NCBI GenBank assembly: GCA_028686985.1
Contig: JAQUBA010000002.1
Location: forward strand, 20,745 to 84,744
Origin: Candidatus Iainarchaeum sp.
GTDB lineage: Archaea > Micrarchaeota > Micrarchaeia > Anstonellales > Bilamarchaeaceae
Length of the DNA: 64,000 nucleotides
Direction of reading: 5' to 3'
Notes under the pieces: model-generated
Database searches by the model: none
What the model saw: the letters and a program-made list of their open reading frames with translations, nothing else
Told to the model about the DNA's origin: nothing
Position numbers and translations under genes: made by a program
Shown here: positions 45,177-54,378 of the stretch, one piece after another
How positions within the stretch are numbered: the first letter of the stretch is position 1
How the letters are laid out: the number at the start of each line of letters is the position of its first letter

Positions 45177-46484
45177 TCAGACCTTAATCTCATCCCCTAT
45201 TGACGGGACCACGACCTCGTAGCTCCTCTGCAGGCTCTCCTGCATTGATTTGAGCGCATCCTCTTCCCCATGGATAAGCACCACTTTCTTCAATCCCTTT
45301 ATGCCCTTCACGAATTGTATCAATTCGCTCTTCCCGGAGTGGCCTGAGATGCGTATCTCCCTCACCTTCATCCGCATCTTCACCATCTCGCGGTCTATCT
45401 CCACCTCCTTGGCGCCCTCCAGTATCTTCCTGCCGCGGGTGCCGTCCGCCTGGTAGCCCATGAATATTATCTTGTTTTTCGGGTCCGGAGCCATGCGCGT
45501 CACATAGCCGAGCGCGGGCCCGCCGGTGAGCATCCCGGAAGTGCTGACCACTATGGACGGCTCCTCAAACACGTCGTCCCTGTCCTTCCTGCGGGGCGTG
45601 TGGAAATACGGGCTCCTGAACGGGTCGTCGTCGCTCATTAATATTCTATTCTTTATTTCCTCCTTCGCATACCCTAGGTTCTGCCGCGTTATCTTCATCC
45701 CGGTGCCTATCATCCCCTCTATGTATATTTTCGTTTCCGGTATCGCGCCCGATTTCATGTAGGATTCAAGCAGCAGCAATATCTCCTGCCCCCGCCCGAC
45801 CGCAAAGGAAGGTATGAGCACGTGCCCCCCCTCCTTCAATGTCTCCTTTATCTCGTGCGCCAGCTTCTTCATCGTCTCCTTCACCGCGGGCAGCTCCTCG
45901 TTCCCGTAGGTGCTCTCTATTATCAGCGTGTCGCAGTGGAAGTTCCTGTCGCACCCGTCCAGCAGTTTCGTGCCGCGCACCGATATGTCCCCCGTGTAGA
46001 GCACTCTTTTTTCCCCTTCCACCAGCGCCATCGCGCTGCCCAGGATGTGCCCCGCGTTCAGCAGGGAAACCTTGAAGCCGTGCCCAGAATTGAATGGCTG
46101 CCTGAACTCATGCAGGCGGAAATTGTTCATCGCATTGTCAACGTCCTTCTGCGTGAACGCCTCGGCCCCCCTGCGCACGCCCCTCCCCAGCCGCGCATAG
46201 TCCGCGAGCAGCACGGAGACCAGGTCCCTGGTCGGCTTCGTCGCATGCACGTGCGGCTTCAGCCCTTCCTTGAAAACGTGCGGCAGATAGCCCGAATGGT
46301 CCAGGTGCGCGTGCGTGACGACAATGTCGTGCAGGTGCTTCCCCATCGCATCCGGTATCTGCGGGTACTCGGTCTGTTCGCCGAGCTTCACCCCGCAGTC
46401 CAGCATTATGTATTTTCCCTTCTCGTGGAGCATGAAGCAGTTCCTTCCGACCTCGTGCGCCCCTCCGTAAATGTAAAGTTCCAT
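45177..46484 (-). CDS. MBL/beta-CASP ribonuclease (aCPSF-like, no KH domains)
   Basis: GGAHEVGRNC, THAHLDH, AGHILGSA, ESTYG, SGH, HGE. Confidence 0.93.
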   Translation of the reverse strand: MELYIYGGAHEVGRNCFMLHEKGKYIMLDCGVKLGEQTEYPQIPDAMGKHLHDIVVTHAHLDHSGYLPHVFKEGLKPHVHATKPTRDLVSVLLADYARLGRGVRRGAEAFTQKDVDNAMNNFRLHEFRQPFNSGHGFKVSLLNAGHILGSAMALVEGEKRVLYTGDISVRGTKLLDGCDRNFHCDTLIIESTYGNEELPAVKETMKKLAHEIKETLKEGGHVLIPSFAVGRGQEILLLLESYMKSGAIPETKIYIEGMIGTGMKITRQNLGYAKEEIKNRILMSDDDPFRSPYFHTPRRKDRDDVFEEPSIVVSTSGMLTGGPALGYVTRMAPDPKNKIIFMGYQADGTRGRKILEGAKEVEIDREMVKMRMKVREIRISGHSGKSELIQFVKGIKGLKKVVLIHGEEDALKSMQESLQRSYEVVVPSIGDEIKV

Positions 46485-46543
46485 GCACTAGTTTTGAGGG
46501 AAACGTATATAACGCTGCTTAACGCAATACCACCGGTGCCGTT

Positions 46544-47152
46544 ATGGTGCAACCGAGGCAGGCTGACAAGGACTATGCGACTGAGGCGGTCAAGCAGGGC
46601 ATGTCGCTTTCGGAAACATCTTACTCCATCGCCGGGAGGGGTCTCGTTTATATTGCGACCGACAGGCCGCAGAGCTCATTCAATTCAGTTGACGCCTACA
46701 TCCAGTACGTCTATGAAAACAGGCACGACCGCGACCGGGTGCAGTTCATAAACATAGACAAGAACAACCGCTACAACTCGCGCAGCGAGCAGGACCTTAT
46801 CACAAGGGCAATCGCGGAGCAGGAGGGTGTGGAGACAGTCCCGCCTTTCCGGAGGGAGGCGATGCGGGTCGAGGAAACGGAGAGGAGGGAGACGGAGATT
46901 GTGCGCGTCAGTTATGCGGGAAGCCCAGTGAGGATTGAAGTGGACGTCACCGACATGAGGCAGGTGGACAGGGATTCGCTCAGGCAGGACATAGAGCGGA
47001 TGGGGCGCAGGCCGGATGAGAATGCCCTGTTCAGCCTGGTGGACCGGTATTTTCCCTACATAGACAGAATCACCGTGCGCGGCAGGGAAGTTGAGATGGG
47101 CAATTCCGGATCTGCCATGTCGGACATAAACAGCATTTCCGGGCATGTGTGA
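46544..47152 (+). CDS. Orphan family A protein
   Basis: Close paralogue of 50673-51389 (YIATDR, YVYENRHDRD). Confidence 0.8.
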   Translation: MVQPRQADKDYATEAVKQGMSLSETSYSIAGRGLVYIATDRPQSSFNSVDAYIQYVYENRHDRDRVQFINIDKNNRYNSRSEQDLITRAIAEQEGVETVPPFRREAMRVEETERRETEIVRVSYAGSPVRIEVDVTDMRQVDRDSLRQDIERMGRRPDENALFSLVDRYFPYIDRITVRGREVEMGNSGSAMSDINSISGHV

Positions 47153-47313
47153 CCGGGATTATTCAACGGGTGGAACGTATGGCAAGGGCGGAAGGAATGA
47201 AGTCCGTGCGTGTGAACGTTGCGGAAAAGTGGGAACAGGTAAAGGACGCGGTGCCGGTAAGGCTTCTGGACGCCAACCCCAAGGCGGAACGCCGCGCAAG
47301 GGATGGATGACGC

Positions 47314-48657
47314 ATGCCACGCGGAGCACATGCAACACGGGGGGAAAGGAGGGAGGGGCAGAGCGAGCTTGAGATGACGCGCCAGCAGGGCTTCACCGTA
47401 TATGGGCCGGTGAACGTGCCGGGCTATGGCGACATACACGTCGCATCAAGGGACATATGCGTATCCCCGCAGGAGCTGAGGGACTACGCCTACCGCGTGC
47501 TGTTCCCGGAATCCGCGGAAGGCAGCCCGAGCGACCGCATAAGGTTCCTGCGTTCCGGGGATACGAACTGCACCTATATCGCAATGGAGGAGGTGCGCGA
47601 GATATTCAGGAAGATAGACTGGAATGCGATATCCATGTCCGATGGCAGCATCTCCTTCCCGGACTTCAACGCAGAGCTGCAGTTCGTGGAGCGCAGGGAC
47701 TACGGCGGCCCGCTTCAGGCTCCCAGCCAAGCGCCCGCGGCATCCGAGGTTTCCGCCGCGCCGGTTTCCCGCGAAACCGAACTTCCGCAGGAAGGGGCGA
47801 AGCGCGCGGAGGCGGCAACCCGCGAGGAAGGCATCCCATACCTGGACCGGGAGCCGAGCTCCGTGGACGCAAGCCACATAATCTGGGGCGACTACTCATC
47901 CATCGTGGAGGGCACGCGCCGCACCCAGCCCCCTGAGCTCACGCAGCTGCAGAGGGAATACTTCGGGCTGAAGAGCGACGCCACATTTTACTGGAGGTCG
48001 CGCGGCACCGAAGGCTACGTAGCAATCTATTTCAATTTCATTTCCCCCGAGGGCGAGGCACAGGACACTCGGCAGCTCGCGCAAGAGCTCGCGGAGACGG
48101 AAGGGGACCTTTCCGCGCTCATCAGTTTCGTGCAGAGGCACATGGCAAACATCGCGGATGTGAACGTGGAAAGCGACCGGGGCGCGGGCGCGAACCTCAC
48201 CTCCGTCCAGCTGATTGCCGCGCTCTCCGCGATGGCGGGGCTGGAGCCGGCGTCCGCCGCAACGGAGCCCGTGCCGTCCATGCATGGGGGCAAGGCAGCG
48301 GTTTCGGCAGGGCTTGCCCAGGAACAGGCAGAGGAATACGGCGCACAGGTGATTGCCTACCCGGGCGACAACGTGATGGCTTCATTCCCTTCCATCACAT
48401 ATACGATGCGGGACGGCAGGACCGGCACCCTGGACGGATACTTCACGGTAACGCTCCCTTCGGACGAGCTTGAGGCGTGGAGGGTGCTCGTGAACATGCA
48501 GAGGATTGCGCGCGCACTGGAGCGGGGCGAAGCGATAAACGCACCGCTGCGGGACCTGCTCACGAATCACAGGGACAGCATAAGCTTCGTGGAGATGCAG
48601 GACTCCAACGGCACCCGCCTCACCGCGTCGCAGATAATCTACCGCTTGGAGCAGTGA
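47314..48657 (+). CDS. Orphan family A protein (three domains)
   Basis: N-domain GDIHVAS..DRIRF like 46544/50673; two C-domains like N-terminus of 36682; start uncertain. Confidence 0.75.
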   Translation: MPRGAHATRGERREGQSELEMTRQQGFTVYGPVNVPGYGDIHVASRDICVSPQELRDYAYRVLFPESAEGSPSDRIRFLRSGDTNCTYIAMEEVREIFRKIDWNAISMSDGSISFPDFNAELQFVERRDYGGPLQAPSQAPAASEVSAAPVSRETELPQEGAKRAEAATREEGIPYLDREPSSVDASHIIWGDYSSIVEGTRRTQPPELTQLQREYFGLKSDATFYWRSRGTEGYVAIYFNFISPEGEAQDTRQLAQELAETEGDLSALISFVQRHMANIADVNVESDRGAGANLTSVQLIAALSAMAGLEPASAATEPVPSMHGGKAAVSAGLAQEQAEEYGAQVIAYPGDNVMASFPSITYTMRDGRTGTLDGYFTVTLPSDELEAWRVLVNMQRIARALERGEAINAPLRDLLTNHRDSISFVEMQDSNGTRLTASQIIYRLEQ

Positions 48658-48660
48658 GCT

Positions 48661-49533
48661 CTATTGCTGCGGCGGCGCGAGGTCTTCTCCGGATATTTCC
48701 ATTTCCCCCCCTCCATGCAATATGGCGTATCTGCCGCCCGCATTCCTTATCTCCGCCCTGCCGCGCACCGCTTCCGGGAGGATTATGGTGCGCATATCTA
48801 TCCGGGGCGTGCCGCCGAAATCCGCGGAGAGGACGTATGCGTTCGCGCTCCCCTCCTGCACGAGTATTGCGACGCTTCCAGCGGAAAGCAGCTGCCACCC
48901 TTCGGATGGCGCGAACTGTTTCTCGGCATACGGCACCCTCTCCATGCTCCAGCCCCTTGCGCCCAGCACCCCATCCCTGTTTATCATGAACATGCACGTC
49001 ATTCCGTTGTTGTGCGCGGCCGCAACCGAAAGGAAGTTCTCCCCCCTGAACCTGCTGTCCAGTTCAAAGGATATGGCCCTTGCGTCCCTGACCTCCCCCC
49101 CATCAACCGTTATCCACTCGTCCCCCCTTTCCGCCGCCTTCCATCCCATGACGAGCACTGCCCTGTCCTCCGAAACCACGACCGTGTGCTCCTCCCCCGG
49201 GACCATGGCCACAATCCTCCCGGGCTCGCCGTCCACCAGGTAGGTGAACCTGTAGGTGCCGTCCTTGGTCTCATATTCCATGCCGTACCTGAGTTTGGAT
49301 TCTGTAGCCCTGAAAAGGAAGCCGGTCTCCGCCCCGGCCCCGTTGCCTTCGGCCCGGAACCTCTCCTCGCCGAATTCAAATTCCTGCATATCGTTTTTCC
49401 TGGGCCTCACATCCCACCTGTCGAGGGGCACCGGGACGGTTTCTTCCCCCGCTGTGGCGTGCGGGCCGAACTTCTCATTTTGCACGGGCACCAGGCCCAT
49501 ATCGCCATATCTCTGCCCGCCTCTTTTCGCCAT
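48661..49533 (-). CDS. Orphan family B protein lacking hydrophobic signal
   Basis: GRIVAMVPGEEHTVVVSE and AILVQEGSA family motifs. Confidence 0.75.
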   Translation of the reverse strand: MAKRGGQRYGDMGLVPVQNEKFGPHATAGEETVPVPLDRWDVRPRKNDMQEFEFGEERFRAEGNGAGAETGFLFRATESKLRYGMEYETKDGTYRFTYLVDGEPGRIVAMVPGEEHTVVVSEDRAVLVMGWKAAERGDEWITVDGGEVRDARAISFELDSRFRGENFLSVAAAHNNGMTCMFMINRDGVLGARGWSMERVPYAEKQFAPSEGWQLLSAGSVAILVQEGSANAYVLSADFGGTPRIDMRTIILPEAVRGRAEIRNAGGRYAILHGGGEMEISGEDLAPPQQ

Positions 49534-49625
49534 GCATGAACTGGGTTCGGAAGAGTATATATTCCATTCGTGCGCAAAAAGAAAGATATTTAAATAAGCT
49601 CAACTGGATTATAGTGGGTGAAGTT

Positions 49626-50474
49626 ATGCCTGCACCGATGGTAAGACCTGAGAGGGAATTGAGAAAGGATTATGAAGCGACCCAGCAGATGCAGGTCGGA
49701 CAACTTCAGACCGAGTATGCTGATAGGGGATTTACAATTCTGAGGGCCGGTACGGACCTTGAAAATGTCAGGAGGAACATCTGGGCGGCATACGACCCCA
49801 AGACAGGGGACACTTATGTGTTCAGCGGTACGCGCGAAACCAGCTTCGGGACCAGCCAGTCGGTGTTGGACGCGGTTGGCAGATGGGTGGATAAGAGGAA
49901 TGCAGACCTTGCATTCAGCGAGACGATGGACGACACCCAGAGGCAGATCGACCTGAGGGGTTCGCGCGAGAGCGTGCGCAGCATGGACGCGCGCATGCAG
50001 GCATATTTCACCGAAGGAACGCAGCAGCCGGCGCAGGTGGCGAGGGAAACCCCCGCGCAGCCGGCCGCACGCGCAGCCGAGCCGGTGAGGGAGGAGCGCG
50101 CCCCGGCCACTGAACAGGCCGCCCCAAGCACGGCAGAGCCTGTCGCAAGGGAAGCCCAGCCTGCGGCCGCCAGTCGGCAACAGCAGGCGCTTGCAGATGC
50201 GATACGGACGGGGCAAAGAATGAGGATTCCAGTGTCCCAGAGCGGAAGTGAGCGGGTAATCATTACAATAGACGCTAGCCAGCTAAGCGAGTCAGATAGG
50301 TCTTTCCAGGCAAACCGGGCCGAGAGGGGCATTATCAACACTCCGGTTGGCATAATAGGGCTCTATAGGCTTTCCCGGGAGAATCCTGGCGCAATTTCTT
50401 TTACTTATCCTGATGGCACTCAGGTATCGGAAGATGATTTGCGCACCCGGGGCTGGCTCCCTCCGCGGGCATAG
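49626..50474 (+). CDS. Orphan family A protein
   Basis: TATA and GGTGA RBS; P/A/E/Q linker; IDASQLSESDR domain. Confidence 0.8.
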   Translation: MPAPMVRPERELRKDYEATQQMQVGQLQTEYADRGFTILRAGTDLENVRRNIWAAYDPKTGDTYVFSGTRETSFGTSQSVLDAVGRWVDKRNADLAFSETMDDTQRQIDLRGSRESVRSMDARMQAYFTEGTQQPAQVARETPAQPAARAAEPVREERAPATEQAAPSTAEPVAREAQPAAASRQQQALADAIRTGQRMRIPVSQSGSERVIITIDASQLSESDRSFQANRAERGIINTPVGIIGLYRLSRENPGAISFTYPDGTQVSEDDLRTRGWLPPRA

Positions 50475-50672
50475 CACCCGTTCCCGCCCTTCTTTTTCTT
50501 CTTCATCAATGGTTAATGGCATTTATGCGGGGGCTGGCACCGGCGGCATTGCCGGATGCGGCACGCAGCCGCCTGAACGATGGGCATGAAGCCCTCCGGA
50601 GCCGCCCGCCCGTATCCACCGACGCCCACCATTAGGTATAAATATGCTTGCAACGGCGTATATATCGGTGAA

Positions 50673-51389
50673 ATGATGCCAAGGGTAACCGAACAGAAAA
50701 GGGATGAGGTCATTGAGGCCGCGGACCACGGGATGACTTTTTCGGGGCAGTCTTATCAGGTACGCAACCTTGGGGACATCTACATAGCCACCGACAGGAG
50801 GCGCGATTCATTCTCAAGCAACGAGGAATACGTGAGATACGTATATGAAAACAGGCATGACAGGGACAAGGTCAGGTTCATAAACGAGGAGCAGAACAAC
50901 CTCTATAAGGCGACAAGGTACCAGGACCGGATTGCCGTGGAGATCGCCAGGCAGGCGGGCGTGGAGGTTTCCGCACCGCCGACCAGTTTCCCGGAGGAGG
51001 CCCGCAGGGCGGAGCAGGCCGCAGAGCAGCCGCAGGAGACGGTCACCCGCGAGAATGTGGAGGTGCGCGAGCAGCAGAGGGAAGAAACGGCAATCTTCAG
51101 GGTTTCTTTCTGGGGCAGGCCAGTCCGGTTTGAGATGGACGTTTCCAACCTGTCCGAGCTGGACAGGGAGTGGTTGCGCGGCAGCATAGACAGCCTGGCA
51201 AGGGCGAATGCGAGCAACATGGAGGACACGTTCTCTACGTTCATAGACAATTTCAAGGACAGGATGAGGGGGCTCAGCATGGAGTTTACGACCGAGAACC
51301 TGGATAGGTACTGGGGCGCGGTTCCTTATGGGAATATGACGGGCGCCGAGGTCGTTGCCCAGATGCGCAGCCTTATCGGCAGGGTCTAA
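50673..51389 (+). CDS. Orphan family A protein
   Basis: Paralogue of 46544; MDVSNLSELDR domain; GGTGA RBS. Confidence 0.8.
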   Translation: MMPRVTEQKRDEVIEAADHGMTFSGQSYQVRNLGDIYIATDRRRDSFSSNEEYVRYVYENRHDRDKVRFINEEQNNLYKATRYQDRIAVEIARQAGVEVSAPPTSFPEEARRAEQAAEQPQETVTRENVEVREQQREETAIFRVSFWGRPVRFEMDVSNLSELDREWLRGSIDSLARANASNMEDTFSTFIDNFKDRMRGLSMEFTTENLDRYWGAVPYGNMTGAEVVAQMRSLIGRV

Positions 51390-51392
51390 TAG

Positions 51393-52265
51393 ATGGGAAA
51401 GAATCAGGCCCGTTCCGACGCGGAGCGCGACTCCGGGGCAAGGAAAGGCATCCGCACGCCGCGGCGCGGCGCCACTGCCAAGATTATCGCCGCGGGGCTG
51501 ATGCTCGCCCCCAATCCAGCACACGCGCGCAGCCCTTCCCAACCCGCCGTTTTCCAGCCCCCGGCATCCGGAACATCAGGCACATCCGACCTGCTCTCAC
51601 CGCAGCCCGAGCAGATCCAATACTCTGAAGCGTTCAGGGACGCCGATTTCACCTGCGAAACAGGCGGTGGGATGGTGCGCATAAGCGGGAATGTGGAAGG
51701 CGGAAAGATTGAATTCCCGGCCCCGGCGGACCTGGGCGCGGTGCGCGGCATATACCGCACAGGCTCCCGCATCCGCGTGCTTTCCGACAATTACCTGATA
51801 ACCGCGCGGGCCAGCGGCACCGATGCAATCAACGTTTCGCTTCCGCAGGGGGCGAAGGGAGCGCTCTCCGCCTGGCTTTCCACCGAAAACACATTCTACA
51901 TCCTTTCCTCGGACGGGAACGTGCATGCGACAAACCCGGAGGACACAAGTTGCCCGTGGTATTCCGGGGGGCCGTTCCGCACGGTGGAGGGCGCAAGGCT
52001 CATGGAAGTGAGAGGTTTGCTCGCAATCGTGCAGGGCTCTGCAACGGCAGTCATACTCGTCAAGGTCGTCCCGGGCGGCGCATGGGATTCGCTGTCCGTT
52101 CGCCTGAATTTCCAGCCCGAGGGGGAACCGTCCGTTTCCATGACCCCAACCGGATTCAAGGTGGTTTTCGGGAACTGCGAAGTGGCGCTGGACATACCGG
52201 GCGAAGGGGAGATGGGCTCCGTGCTCCCCATCGTCACAAGGCACGAGCCAGCCAATCTGCCTTAA
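51393..52265 (+). CDS. Orphan family B exported protein
   Basis: PRRG + h-region + AHA, Pro/Ser linker, RGLLAIVQGSA motif. Confidence 0.8.
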   Translation: MGKNQARSDAERDSGARKGIRTPRRGATAKIIAAGLMLAPNPAHARSPSQPAVFQPPASGTSGTSDLLSPQPEQIQYSEAFRDADFTCETGGGMVRISGNVEGGKIEFPAPADLGAVRGIYRTGSRIRVLSDNYLITARASGTDAINVSLPQGAKGALSAWLSTENTFYILSSDGNVHATNPEDTSCPWYSGGPFRTVEGARLMEVRGLLAIVQGSATAVILVKVVPGGAWDSLSVRLNFQPEGEPSVSMTPTGFKVVFGNCEVALDIPGEGEMGSVLPIVTRHEPANLP

Positions 52266-52364
52266 TTTTCAATTTTATTTTTCTATCCTGCCATTCCCAG
52301 CCGCACTTCTGCAATCCACGGAAAACTATATATAGCTGACCGAAGGATTATCATAGGTGATGAT

Positions 52365-53342
52365 ATGGCTCAGGCACACAGGCAAACTGTATCCCAGTTA
52401 AGAGACCAATTGGCAAGCCAGGGTTTTGTGGAAAATACATTGATGATAGGCGGAGCGCAGTATTCTGTTTGGATGAAGGGCTGCAGCGACCTGACCAATC
52501 CTGAAACGGTTTCCCAATTCATGCAGGGCAATGCACGAAACCGAAACGCCCTCCGCGTGTTCGCGGTAGACAATGGGCAGATTGCAGTCAGCTCGCGCGG
52601 CATAGAGGAGCTCCATTCCAACGAAAGGATCAGGGGCCTTGGGGAGAGATATGGCGGCGCCACAAAAGAGGCCCGCGAATCTTATGAGCGTGAGCACCCG
52701 CCGGCAGCCTTCATCAGGGAAGCGGCTGAATCAGAGGTGCGAGCAGAGCCAGCGCCGGCAGCCCAGCCCCCGGTTGTGCGGGCCCCCGCAAGGGCGGAGA
52801 GAGTTGCGGCGCAGACGACCACGCAGGGCGCGCCATTTACAGTATATGTATTTAATACTGTCATTGAGCCCACGCAATTCCGGCCAGGCTCATATGATAT
52901 GACACACTCCCATTCAGAAACGTATCATATTGACCTTAACAGGCTAAGCGCGGCGGAACGCCGTACCTACGAGGATTTGAGAGGCAAGTACTCAAACCCA
53001 CGCACTGCATACGATCCAAATCAGATGAACACGGATTTGCAGGCGTTTATTGACAGGGTGAGCGCGAGGAATGCGTGGATCAATCCGGGTGCCGCCACGC
53101 AGGGAACTGAGTTTTCTTTCACCCAGCTTGCCGCGGGCGCCAATGTAACATCTGACGTGACCGAATCATACACATTCAGGATTGACCTCAATGTGCTTGA
53201 TGACGGCCAGCGCCGCCGCCTAAACGCTTTGCTCGGGGTTTTCAGCAACAACCCGACCGAGGCCAATAACCTGGAAAGAATGCAGGGCTTCCTGAATTCC
53301 CTCCCAAGCGGAGCGGTGATACAGAGGCCAACCATGGCGTAA
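52365..53342 (+). CDS. Orphan family A protein with two C-terminal repeats
   Basis: IDLNRLSAAERR and IDLNVLDDGQRR repeats; N-terminus resembles 49626. Confidence 0.8.
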   Translation: MAQAHRQTVSQLRDQLASQGFVENTLMIGGAQYSVWMKGCSDLTNPETVSQFMQGNARNRNALRVFAVDNGQIAVSSRGIEELHSNERIRGLGERYGGATKEARESYEREHPPAAFIREAAESEVRAEPAPAAQPPVVRAPARAERVAAQTTTQGAPFTVYVFNTVIEPTQFRPGSYDMTHSHSETYHIDLNRLSAAERRTYEDLRGKYSNPRTAYDPNQMNTDLQAFIDRVSARNAWINPGAATQGTEFSFTQLAAGANVTSDVTESYTFRIDLNVLDDGQRRRLNALLGVFSNNPTEANNLERMQGFLNSLPSGAVIQRPTMA

Positions 53343-53357
53343 AAATCGGCTGTTCGG

Positions 53358-54275
53358 CTATTGGGCCTGCGCTCGGGTTTCTACGGCTACGGACAAGGTT
53401 GATGCATCGCCTTCCGTGCCTATCGTTATTGTGAGCGTTGCATTTCCCCCCCTCAGGACAATGGACCCAGCATGCGATTCTACCGAAACGGGCCCCTCCA
53501 GCGCCGGATTCAGCGGGTAATCCGCTTCCACCCACCCATCGCTCCCTGGCATGGCGCCCTGGAAAGCAAGAACCGGAAGCGCTCCGCTCTGCAGCACAAG
53601 GAGCAGCCCCCTGAATGCCGCCAGTTTCGCGTCTTCGCCGATTCTAGTGTTCGGGAGGCTCCTCTCCCAATCCCCATCCGGGTCAGAGACGTCTATGACA
53701 TAAATCCTTTTCTCCGGAGTCAGGAAATAGAAAAGGTTCCTTTCATTGTCAAATGCATGCTCATTAAGGGCATCCGGAAGCAGGATATCCATGCTTGAAA
53801 CAGTTTCCCATTCGCTGTTCCTTCCGGGCACCACCATCATGTAGTTTTCAGTGAGAACGACTGAATGCTGTTCCCCGACCATCACGTCCTTCACCGCACC
53901 GCGTCGCTCCCTCGCGATGCTGTCAAAATGGACTTTCTTTTCGCCTCCGCCAGGGAGCGCATAAGTGAGCTCCATCCCGCAGTCGCTCTCCCTCACAGCA
54001 ACCTGCGCATTCCTGAATGTCTCCGCCATCCCTTCCGTGATGCAGCCCATTTCTATGGTGAAGCCTTCTATAAGGATTTCTTCGGTTGGAGGCCTGCCTT
54101 CGGAAGGGGCCTGTGCGGCAGTGCGCGGAGGAAGGGGAAGCTCCCGAGGGGGCACCCTCGCCCCGGCTTCCGGAGCCGCCAGCATGATAGAACCTGCAAT
54201 CGCAAGGGCAAGGGAACGGCGGGTTCCCGTTTCACATTTTCCTGCCCCATTTTTGCTCGCAACTGGAATTGCCAT
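53358..54275 (-). CDS. Orphan family B exported protein
   Basis: TRRSL + h-region + AGA, Pro linker, GEQHSVVLTE and RGLLLVLQSGA motifs. Confidence 0.8.
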   Translation of the reverse strand: MAIPVASKNGAGKCETGTRRSLALAIAGSIMLAAPEAGARVPPRELPLPPRTAAQAPSEGRPPTEEILIEGFTIEMGCITEGMAETFRNAQVAVRESDCGMELTYALPGGGEKKVHFDSIARERRGAVKDVMVGEQHSVVLTENYMMVVPGRNSEWETVSSMDILLPDALNEHAFDNERNLFYFLTPEKRIYVIDVSDPDGDWERSLPNTRIGEDAKLAAFRGLLLVLQSGALPVLAFQGAMPGSDGWVEADYPLNPALEGPVSVESHAGSIVLRGGNATLTITIGTEGDASTLSVAVETRAQAQ

Positions 54276-54378
54276 AGTATAACCTTGGCTGGGAAGGCTT
54301 TTTAATACTATTACACACTTTCTAACACACTAACGGAAACCTTTAATAATAATGATAAGGTAATGTTGATGTGATATT

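Noticed and set aside
48664-49539. 291-aa forward ORF of equal length to the reverse gene
   Set aside because: The reverse ORF carries family B motifs; the forward one has shadow composition
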